DNA of 5,879 nucleotides from Escherichia coli (GTDB lineage Bacteria; Pseudomonadota; Gammaproteobacteria; Enterobacterales; Enterobacteriaceae): NCBI RefSeq assembly GCF_003334815.1, contig NZ_QOWO01000071.1; one strand, 5' to 3'. Shown piece by piece: positions 1 to 5,879 of this stretch (position 1 is its first letter; each line of letters starts with the position of its first letter). The notes under the pieces were generated by a model. It saw only the letters and a program-made list of their open reading frames with translations, ran no database searches and was not told where the DNA came from. The position numbers and the translations under genes were made by a program.

Positions 1-128
1 ATGGCTCATGATGTCCCTCTGGGATGCGCTCCGGATGAATATGATGATCTCATATCAGGAACTTGTTCGCACCTTCCTGAGCGGTAGTAAAGTCCTAAAA
101 CTTTAACCTGCCGTTAATGTCAACCTTG

Positions 129-145
129 CGTAATGCACAATTACG
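129..145. promoter_or_regulatory. Inverted repeat CGTAAT-N5-ATTACG about 35 bp upstream of the lgoT start; candidate operator (possibly for the adjacent regulator LgoR)
   Basis: Seen in sequence: cgtaat (129-134), gcaca, attacg (140-145) form a perfect 6-bp dyad inside the AT-rich lgoT upstream region. The functional assignment is inference only. Confidence 0.25.
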
Positions 146-167
146 TAAACAATTAAAATTATAAATA

Positions 168-173
168 TAGGAG
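168..173 (+). promoter_or_regulatory. lgoT: Shine-Dalgarno sequence for lgoT
   Basis: taGGAGt, with AGGAG at 169-173 and a 6-nt spacer before the GTG start at 180. Confidence 0.7.
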
Positions 174-179
174 TCCGGC

Positions 180-1541
180 GTGGAAAAAGAAAATATCACC
201 ATCGATCCGCGTTCTTCATTTACTCCATCTTCGTCGGCAGATATTCCCGTGCCACCAGATGGATTAGTTCAACGCAGTACCCGAATTAAACGCATTCAAG
301 CCACCGCCATGTTGTTATTATTTTTTGCGGCGGTAATCAATTATCTCGACCGCAGTTCGCTGTCGGTAGTAAATTTAACGATTCGTGAAGAATTGGGATT
401 AAGTGCCACCGAAATCGGCGCTTTGCTCTCCGTGTTTTCACTCGCTTACGGGATTGCGCAACTTCCTTGCGGCCCACTATTGGATCGTAAAGGCCCACGC
501 CTGATGCTGGGACTGGGGATGTTCTTCTGGTCACTGTTCCAGGCCATGTCTGGCATGGTGCACAGCTTTACGCAGTTCGTGTTGGTGCGTATTGGTATGG
601 GGATTGGTGAAGCGCCGATGAACCCATGCGGTGTAAAAGTCATTAACGACTGGTTCAACATCAAAGAGCGCGGACGCCCGATGGGCTTTTTCAACGCAGC
701 TTCTACCATTGGCGTTGCCGTAAGCCCACCGATTCTGGCGGCGATGATGCTGGTGATGGGCTGGCGCGGGATGTTTATTACCATTGGTGTACTGGGGATT
801 TTTCTCGCCATCGGCTGGTATATGCTCTATCGCAACCGCGAGCACGTAGAACTGACTGCCGTTGAACAAGCTTATCTCAATGCAGGTAGCGTCAATGCCC
901 GCCGAGATCCGCTCAGTTTTGCCGAATGGCGCAGCCTGTTCCGTAACCGCACAATGTGGGGAATGATGCTCGGATTCAGTGGCATCAACTACACTGCGTG
1001 GCTGTATCTGGCCTGGCTTCCTGGTTACCTGCAAACAGCCTATAACCTGGATTTAAAAAGCACAGGATTGATGGCGGCTATCCCTTTCCTGTTTGGGGCT
1101 GCCGGGATGCTGGTCAACGGTTACGTTACCGACTGGCTGGTCAAAGGGGGAATGGCTCCGATTAAAAGCCGTAAGATCTGCATTATTGCCGGGATGTTCT
1201 GTTCTGCCGCCTTTACGCTGGTCGTACCGCAAGCGACAACATCCATGACAGCGGTTCTGCTGATTGGCATGGCACTGTTTTGTATTCACTTTGCCGGAAC
1301 ATCCTGCTGGGGCTTGATCCACGTCGCAGTTGCTTCTCGCATGACGGCGTCGGTGGGCAGTATCCAGAACTTTGCCAGCTTCATCTGCGCCTCTTTCGCG
1401 CCGATCATTACTGGTTTTATTGTTGATACCACCCATTCATTCCGTCTGGCACTAATCATCTGCGGTTGCGTCACTGCGGCGGGTGCACTGACGTACATCT
1501 TCCTGGTTCGTCAGCCGATCAACGCCCCACGGAAAGATTAA
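180..1541 (+). CDS. lgoT: MFS (ACS-family) sugar-acid transporter, L-galactonate:H+ symporter LgoT (YjjL), 453 aa
   Basis: Uninterrupted 453-aa ORF with a GTG start behind a good SD. The product is highly hydrophobic with multiple predicted TM segments, and carries the MFS motif A (G-x3-D-R/K-x-G-x-R) as 'GPLLDRKGPR' in the TM2-TM3 loop. Length and N-terminus (MEKENITIDP...) match my recollection of E. coli YjjL/LgoT, and it lies convergent with tsr as in K-12. Confidence 0.85.
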   Translation: MEKENITIDPRSSFTPSSSADIPVPPDGLVQRSTRIKRIQATAMLLLFFAAVINYLDRSSLSVVNLTIREELGLSATEIGALLSVFSLAYGIAQLPCGPLLDRKGPRLMLGLGMFFWSLFQAMSGMVHSFTQFVLVRIGMGIGEAPMNPCGVKVINDWFNIKERGRPMGFFNAASTIGVAVSPPILAAMMLVMGWRGMFITIGVLGIFLAIGWYMLYRNREHVELTAVEQAYLNAGSVNARRDPLSFAEWRSLFRNRTMWGMMLGFSGINYTAWLYLAWLPGYLQTAYNLDLKSTGLMAAIPFLFGAAGMLVNGYVTDWLVKGGMAPIKSRKICIIAGMFCSAAFTLVVPQATTSMTAVLLIGMALFCIHFAGTSCWGLIHVAVASRMTASVGSIQNFASFICASFAPIITGFIVDTTHSFRLALIICGCVTAAGALTYIFLVRQPINAPRKD

Positions 1542-1548
1542 TCTCCCT

Positions 1549-1584
1549 ATGCCCGATAACATTTTGCTTATCGGGCATTTTTAT
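1549..1584. terminator. Intrinsic terminator hairpin between convergent lgoT and tsr (perfect 11-bp stem, 8-nt loop, T-tract on the + strand)
   Basis: ATGCCCGATAA (1549-1559) and TTATCGGGCAT (1568-1578) are exact reverse complements, with loop cattttgc. The stem is followed by TTTTAT on the + strand, which terminates lgoT 8 nt after its stop. On the - strand the hairpin begins 11 nt after the tsr stop but is followed by agggagat, so the U-tract is poor in that direction. Confidence 0.75.
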
Positions 1585-1589
1585 GGCGA

Positions 1590-3254
1590 TTAAAACGTTT
1601 CCCAGTTCTCCCCGCTATCTGCTACGGCCATTTTACGCGGCGCAGCTGGCGTCACGGTTTTTACCACAGCCGATGTTTCACGCTGATGTTGCTGCTGTTG
1701 CTGAATCCGGAACACTGCCACAGCTTCGGTCAGGCGACTGGCCTGCTCTTCCAGCGCGGCGGCGGCGGCGGCAGATTCTTCCACCAGCGCAGCGTTCTGT
1801 TGAGTTACCCGGTCCATCTCAGCGACCGCTAAGCCAACCTGATCGATACCACGGCTCTGCTCATCAGAAGCAGAAGCTATTTCGCCCATAATGTCCGTCA
1901 CGCGGGTCACAGCACTGACAATCTCCGCCATTGTTTCCCCGGCGCTTTCGACCAGCGTAGAGCCAACATCCACTTTCCCCACCGAGTCTTCAATCAGGCT
2001 TTTAATTTCACGAGCCGCCTGGGCGCTACGCTGGGCCAGATTACGCACTTCTCCCGCAACCACCGCAAAACCGCGCCCTTGCTCACCCGCACGCGCTGCT
2101 TCAACCGCCGCGTTCAAAGCCAGAATATTGGTCTGGAAGGCAATGCCGTCAATTACGCTGATAATATCGGCGATTTTCTGCGAGCTGGTGGAGATATCGC
2201 GCATAGTCTGTACTACGTTATCCACCACTTTGCCGCCACGTTGCGCCGTTTCAGAAGCACTTAACGCCAGGTGGCTGGCCTGGCGCGCATTCTCGGCGTT
2301 CTGTTTCACCGTTGCGGTCAGTTGCTCCATGCTGGCTGCCGTCTCTTCCAGCGAAGCGGCCTGTTGCTCGGTGCGCGAAGAGAGATCGTTATTGCCGGTG
2401 GCGATTTCGCTGGCACCGCTATAAATGGCATTGGCCCCGTTGCGCACATCACCGACGGTACGCATCAGCTCTCCCTGCATATGGCGCAAACTCTCTGCCA
2501 GTTGCCCCATCTCATTAGAGCCATCCACCTCAATCGGTTTCACCAGATCGCCGCCTGCAATATGACGAATGCTGTCAATCAGGCGATTCATTGGCGCTAC
2601 CAGCGAGGCTTTAATACCGAACCAGACGGCGAAGATGACCGCCAGTACGACGATCATCACGCCCACCAGAATCCACATCGCCTGGCTGTAGGAGGCATTA
2701 TTATCGCTGACGGCGATATCATAGAGCCGATCGTTTTGCTCCATGTAAGCCACATACTGCTTCTCGAAACCGTCCTGATATCCCTGGGTCGGCTGATCAA
2801 AGAACTCGTTGATTTTGCCTGCACCTAACAGTTGGATCAGCTCCGCCAGCGCATTGTGATAAATATCGTAATTACGTTTGATCTCTGCCGCTGCGGCGGT
2901 GCTCTGACGCGGGTCACGCGGCAACGCTTCGTAATCCGCCCAGTTTTTTTCCGCCTGTTTCAGCGAAATACTGGCACTCTCCATCAGCTCAGCAACGGTT
3001 GAACCGCTACCAATATTATTCTGATCCATCATGTAGCGGATACCCGCGCGGTTGAGGGTGTTACGCGTCTGCAACAACGCGACCCAGCTGCCATTCAGCG
3101 TGGATTGCTGCTGGCGAATGGTTTGTAAAACAGTGAAATTTTCTTTGTCATTCTTTAAGGCATTAAAGAACAGACCGCCTGATGTCAGTTGTAAAAGGCC
3201 AAAAACGGCCAAAACCAGCAGTAAGCTGGTCACAATTTTGATACGTTTTAACAT
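1590..3254 (-). CDS. tsr: Methyl-accepting chemotaxis protein I, serine chemoreceptor Tsr, 554 aa
   Basis: 554-aa ORF on the - strand. It has an N-terminal TM segment, a periplasmic domain, a second TM segment, a HAMP region, the highly conserved MCP signalling hairpin ([40 protein letters not shown]), methylation-helix EE/QE motifs, and the C-terminal NWETF pentapeptide that docks CheR/CheB. ATG start at 3252-3254 with an AGGA SD 10 nt upstream. About 3 residues longer than the 551-aa K-12 Tsr as I recall it. Confidence 0.95.
   Translation of the reverse strand: MLKRIKIVTSLLLVLAVFGLLQLTSGGLFFNALKNDKENFTVLQTIRQQQSTLNGSWVALLQTRNTLNRAGIRYMMDQNNIGSGSTVAELMESASISLKQAEKNWADYEALPRDPRQSTAAAAEIKRNYDIYHNALAELIQLLGAGKINEFFDQPTQGYQDGFEKQYVAYMEQNDRLYDIAVSDNNASYSQAMWILVGVMIVVLAVIFAVWFGIKASLVAPMNRLIDSIRHIAGGDLVKPIEVDGSNEMGQLAESLRHMQGELMRTVGDVRNGANAIYSGASEIATGNNDLSSRTEQQAASLEETAASMEQLTATVKQNAENARQASHLALSASETAQRGGKVVDNVVQTMRDISTSSQKIADIISVIDGIAFQTNILALNAAVEAARAGEQGRGFAVVAGEVRNLAQRSAQAAREIKSLIEDSVGKVDVGSTLVESAGETMAEIVSAVTRVTDIMGEIASASDEQSRGIDQVGLAVAEMDRVTQQNAALVEESAAAAAALEEQASRLTEAVAVFRIQQQQQHQRETSAVVKTVTPAAPRKMAVADSGENWETF
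1683..1703 (-). repeat. tsr: CAG/CAA trinucleotide tract encoding QQQQQHQ in the Tsr C-terminal flexible tether
   Basis: The - strand reads cag caa cag cag caa cat cag (Tsr residues 518-524), in frame and immediately before R-E-T-S. Confidence 0.8.
1755..1772 (-). repeat. tsr: (GCC)5GCG trinucleotide tract encoding Ala6 in the Tsr C-terminal region
   Basis: The + strand shows cgg cgg cgg cgg cgg; the - strand codons are GCC x5 followed by GCG, giving ...[13 protein letters not shown]... Confidence 0.8.
1781..1788 (-). other. Chi site (GCTGGTGG) on the - strand, inside tsr
   Basis: The + strand reads ccaccagc at 1781-1788, the exact reverse complement of Chi. Confidence 0.6.
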
Positions 3255-3284
3255 GGTTTCTCTTTCCTGTGGACCGATGCAAGA

Positions 3285-3311
3285 TTTTCGGCCAGGAAAG
3301 GAAAAACTTTA
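3285..3311 (-). promoter_or_regulatory. tsr: Sigma-28 (FliA) class-3 flagellar/chemotaxis promoter for tsr
   Basis: The - strand reads TAAAGTTT-ttcctttcctg-GCCGAAAA: the -35 element is an exact match to the sigma-28 consensus TAAAGTTT, the spacer is 11 nt, and the -10 matches GCCGATAA at 7 of 8 positions. The -10 element ends 30 nt upstream of the tsr ATG. tsr is a known FliA-dependent gene. Confidence 0.85.
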
Positions 3312-3395
3312 TGAATATCCCGCGGAGATTACGCCGAGTAATTTTATTCACACTCTGAATTTAAAAAGCCATTATTTACATAAATTACTCACAAT

Positions 3396-3425
3396 ATAAA
3401 TATGTGATATGAATCACATATTTAT
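3396..3425. promoter_or_regulatory. cAMP-CRP binding site: perfect TGTGA-N6-TCACA core inside a 12-bp-arm dyad
   Basis: ataaataTGTGAtatgaaTCACAtatttat. The core TGTGA (3403-3407) and TCACA (3414-3418) are separated by 6 bp, and the flanks are also symmetric (arms 3396-3407 and 3414-3425). It sits in the tsr/btsT divergent intergenic region, about 205 bp upstream of the btsT ATG at 3616. btsT/yjiY is reported to be cAMP-CRP dependent. Confidence 0.8.
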
Positions 3426-3466
3426 CGTCACTTAAACGACGCCTTTGCCGCTCAACCGCAAAACTG

Positions 3467-3495
3467 ACCGCTTACATCCCTAAAATAACCACTCA
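3467..3495 (+). promoter_or_regulatory. BtsR (YehT, LytTR-family) binding site: direct repeats ACCGCTTA-N13-ACCACTCA upstream of btsT
   Basis: ACCGCTTA (3467-3474), a 13-bp spacer (catccctaaaata), then ACCACTCA (3488-3495). This fits the published YehT/BtsR motif ACC(G/A)CT(C/T)A repeated with a 13-bp spacer in the yjiY promoter. A third partial copy, ACCGCAAA, lies at 3455-3462. Confidence 0.75.
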
Positions 3496-3630
3496 GTTAT
3501 TTACCTTACTTTACGCGCGCGTAACTCTGGCAACATCACTACAGGATAGCGGTCAATTTACCTCCTCAAACGCAACGCAAACCTAGAACGGCTTCGGCCA
3601 ACTATTAATCAATACATGCCAGGTTTTACT

Positions 3631-5781
3631 ATGGATACTAAAAAGATATTCAAGCACATACCCTGGGTGATTCTCGGAATCATCGGTGCATTCTGCCTCG
3701 CGGTAGTTGCATTACGTCGGGGGGAGCACGTCAGCGCCCTGTGGATCGTGGTCGCCTCTGTGTCGGTGTATCTGGTGGCGTATCGCTACTACAGTCTGTA
3801 CATCGCCCAGAAGGTGATGAAACTCGACCCCACGCGCGCGACGCCTGCGGTTATTAACAACGACGGTCTGAACTACGTTCCGACCAACCGTTACGTGTTG
3901 TTTGGTCACCACTTCGCCGCTATCGCCGGTGCTGGTCCGCTGGTGGGTCCGGTTCTCGCCGCGCAGATGGGCTACCTGCCTGGCACGCTGTGGCTGCTGG
4001 CGGGGGTCGTGCTGGCCGGTGCGGTTCAGGACTTTATGGTGCTGTTTATCTCCTCTCGCCGTAATGGCGCATCTCTTGGTGAGATGATCAAAGAAGAGAT
4101 GGGACCAGTACCGGGGACTATCGCGCTGTTTGGCTGTTTCTTAATCATGATCATCATCCTCGCCGTCCTGGCGCTGATTGTGGTTAAAGCCCTGGCCGAA
4201 AGTCCGTGGGGTGTCTTCACCGTTTGCTCAACCGTACCGATTGCGCTGTTTATGGGTATCTACATGCGCTTTATTCGTCCGGGGCGTGTGGGTGAAGTCT
4301 CTGTCATTGGTATCGTGCTGCTGGTTGCCTCTATCTACTTCGGTGGCGTGATTGCTCACGATCCGTACTGGGGTCCGGCACTGACCTTTAAAGACACCAC
4401 CATTACCTTCGCGCTGATTGGCTATGCGTTTGTTTCCGCACTGCTGCCAGTGTGGCTGATCCTCGCACCGCGCGACTATCTGGCAACCTTCCTGAAAATC
4501 GGCGTTATCGTCGGCCTGGCGCTGGGTATCGTGGTGCTGAACCCGGAACTGAAAATGCCTGCCATGACCCAGTACATTGACGGTACTGGCCCGCTGTGGA
4601 AAGGCGCTCTGTTCCCGTTCCTGTTCATCACCATCGCCTGTGGTGCGGTATCTGGCTTCCACGCGCTGATCTCTTCCGGTACGACGCCAAAACTGCTGGC
4701 TAATGAAACCGACGCGCGTTTCATCGGCTACGGCGCAATGCTGATGGAGTCCTTCGTGGCGATTATGGCGCTGGTTGCTGCGTCCATCATCGAACCGGGT
4801 CTTTACTTCGCGATGAACACCCCGCCTGCTGGCCTTGGCATCACCATGCCTAACCTGCATGAAATGGGGGGCGAGAACGCGCCGATCATCATGGCGCAGC
4901 TGAAAGACGTTACCGCACACGCGGCAGCGACCGTCAGCTCCTGGGGCTTCGTGATTTCGCCAGAGCAGATCCTGCAAACCGCGAAAGACATTGGTGAGCC
5001 TTCTGTCCTGAACCGTGCAGGTGGTGCGCCGACGCTGGCGGTAGGTATCGCTCACGTGTTCCACAAAGTGCTGCCGATGGCTGACATGGGCTTCTGGTAT
5101 CACTTCGGTATTCTGTTCGAAGCACTGTTCATCCTGACCGCGCTGGATGCGGGTACCCGTTCTGGCCGCTTTATGCTGCAAGACCTGCTGGGTAACTTCA
5201 TCCCGTTCCTGAAAAAAACCGACTCTCTGGTTGCCGGTATCATCGGTACTGCGGGCTGTGTGGGTCTGTGGGGCTACCTGCTGTATCAGGGCGTGGTCGA
5301 TCCGCTGGGCGGCGTTAAGAGCCTGTGGCCGCTGTTCGGTATTTCCAACCAGATGCTGGCAGCCGTAGCGCTGGTACTGGGCACCGTTGTGCTGATTAAG
5401 ATGAAGCGCACCCAATACATCTGGGTAACTGTTGTTCCGGCTGTATGGCTGCTTATCTGCACCACCTGGGCGCTGGGCCTGAAACTGTTCAGCACCAACC
5501 CGCAGATGGAAGGCTTCTTCTACATGGCAAGCCAGTACAAAGAGAAGATTGCTAACGGTACTGACCTGACGACGCAGCAGATTGCCAACATGAACCACAT
5601 CGTTGTGAACAACTACACCAACGCAGGTCTGAGTATTCTGTTCCTGATTGTGGTGTACAGCATCATCTTCTACGGTTTCAAAACCTGGCTTGCGGTGCGT
5701 AACAGCGACAAACGTACTGACAAAGAAACACCGTACGTTCCAATCCCGGAAGGCGGCGTGAAGATCTCTTCGCACCACTAA
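3631..5781 (+). CDS. btsT: CstA-family high-affinity pyruvate/H+ symporter BtsT (YjiY), 716 aa from the ATG at 3631 (in-frame alternative ATG at 3616 would give 721 aa)
   Basis: Long ORF encoding a very hydrophobic polytopic membrane protein with many TM segments and CstA-like architecture. The MDTKKIFKHIPWVILG... N-terminus and 716-aa length match my recollection of E. coli YjiY/BtsT. It is divergent from tsr and preceded by BtsR repeats and a CRP site. Neither candidate ATG has a strong SD. Confidence 0.9.
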   Translation: MDTKKIFKHIPWVILGIIGAFCLAVVALRRGEHVSALWIVVASVSVYLVAYRYYSLYIAQKVMKLDPTRATPAVINNDGLNYVPTNRYVLFGHHFAAIAGAGPLVGPVLAAQMGYLPGTLWLLAGVVLAGAVQDFMVLFISSRRNGASLGEMIKEEMGPVPGTIALFGCFLIMIIILAVLALIVVKALAESPWGVFTVCSTVPIALFMGIYMRFIRPGRVGEVSVIGIVLLVASIYFGGVIAHDPYWGPALTFKDTTITFALIGYAFVSALLPVWLILAPRDYLATFLKIGVIVGLALGIVVLNPELKMPAMTQYIDGTGPLWKGALFPFLFITIACGAVSGFHALISSGTTPKLLANETDARFIGYGAMLMESFVAIMALVAASIIEPGLYFAMNTPPAGLGITMPNLHEMGGENAPIIMAQLKDVTAHAAATVSSWGFVISPEQILQTAKDIGEPSVLNRAGGAPTLAVGIAHVFHKVLPMADMGFWYHFGILFEALFILTALDAGTRSGRFMLQDLLGNFIPFLKKTDSLVAGIIGTAGCVGLWGYLLYQGVVDPLGGVKSLWPLFGISNQMLAAVALVLGTVVLIKMKRTQYIWVTVVPAVWLLICTTWALGLKLFSTNPQMEGFFYMASQYKEKIANGTDLTTQQIANMNHIVVNNYTNAGLSILFLIVVYSIIFYGFKTWLAVRNSDKRTDKETPYVPIPEGGVKISSHH
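3939..3946 (+). other. Chi site (5'-GCTGGTGG-3') on the + strand, inside btsT
   Basis: Exact octamer match at 3939-3946. Confidence 0.6.
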
Positions 5782-5879
5782 CCGTGTTTAGCCCCGCTTC
5801 GGTGTACTGACCCCAAAAAGTTGGACAGTTAAACACGAGGCATATAGGTCTGATTCCGATATTCAATTGGAGTCAGACC

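Noticed and set aside
337-1498. - strand ORFs of 65 to 167 aa inside lgoT
   Set aside because: They are antisense to lgoT and overlap each other; their translations are Arg/His-rich and unlike real proteins.
1466-1891. 141-aa + strand ORF with a TTG start bridging the lgoT 3' end, the terminator hairpin and the tsr 3' end
   Set aside because: It runs through a strong terminator hairpin and is antisense to the tsr C-terminus. It has a TTG start with no SD and a Pro/Arg/Ser-rich translation.
1891-2828. + strand ORFs of 177 aa (1891-2424), 185 aa (2271-2828), 61 aa and 68 aa inside tsr
   Set aside because: All are antisense to tsr, mutually overlapping, with Ala/Ser/Arg-rich low-complexity translations and no plausible translation signals.
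3328-3342. Short palindrome ATTAC-gccga-GTAAT between the tsr promoter and the CRP site
   Set aside because: Arms of 5 bp in AT-rich intergenic DNA are expected by chance. It resembles the dyad upstream of lgoT only loosely, and there is no supporting context.
3052-3399. 115-aa + strand ORF and 62-aa - strand ORF (3163-3351) overlapping the tsr 5' end and promoter
   Set aside because: They overlap the tsr start, SD and sigma-28 promoter. The intergenic portion is AT-rich regulatory DNA, there is no SD, and the translations are unlike real proteins.
3255-3615. Possibility of a hidden small protein or sRNA gene in the 361-bp tsr/btsT intergenic region
   Set aside because: The region is fully accounted for by a sigma-28 promoter, a CRP site, BtsR repeats and the btsT leader. 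The only open frame (48 codons from the ATG at 3253) overlaps the tsr start in antisense and lacks an SD. No terminator-like hairpin delimits an sRNA.
3712-5498. Assorted 61 to 82-aa ORFs on either strand within btsT
   Set aside because: They lie in alternative or antisense frames of a well-supported CDS, with no independent signals.
4228-5778. 516-aa ORF on the - strand spanning most of btsT
   Set aside because: It is entirely antisense to a confidently identified membrane-protein gene. Its translation is Arg/His/Gln/Val-rich nonsense with no hydrophobic or domain-like structure and no SD. This is the typical long antisense open frame of a GC-rich, codon-biased gene.
5678-5866. 62-aa ORF listed as + strand in the track
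   Set aside because: The + strand has no start codon at 5678. The peptide only translates from the - strand, beginning at a TTG at 5864-5866, so the strand label appears wrong. It is antisense to the btsT 3' end and is Cys/Arg-rich nonsense.
1-5879. Mobile element, CRISPR array or defence island
   Set aside because: There are no direct repeats with regular spacers, no terminal inverted repeats flanking an ORF, and no transposase, integrase or nuclease-like ORFs. Composition appears uniform and host-like throughout.

Overview
This window holds three intact genes that I recognise as a well-characterised enterobacterial core-chromosome locus (Escherichia/Shigella-like), in the reverse orientation to the E. 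coli K-12 map: lgoT (MFS L-galactonate transporter, + strand), tsr (serine chemoreceptor, - strand, convergent with lgoT) and btsT/yjiY (CstA-family pyruvate transporter, + strand, divergent from tsr). I see no evidence of an undescribed system: there is no mobile element, CRISPR array, defence-like gene or orphan ORF with coding character, and every other ORF in the six-frame track is an antisense or overlapping artefact. The interest lies in the non-coding sequence, all read directly by eye: a near-consensus sigma-28 promoter for tsr, a perfect CRP palindrome and BtsR-type direct repeats in the tsr/btsT divergent region, and a terminator hairpin between lgoT and tsr. The Tsr C-terminal tether carries a Gln tract that appears 3 residues longer than the K-12 protein as I recall it. 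Gene identities rest on recalled protein sequences and synteny, not on any database search.
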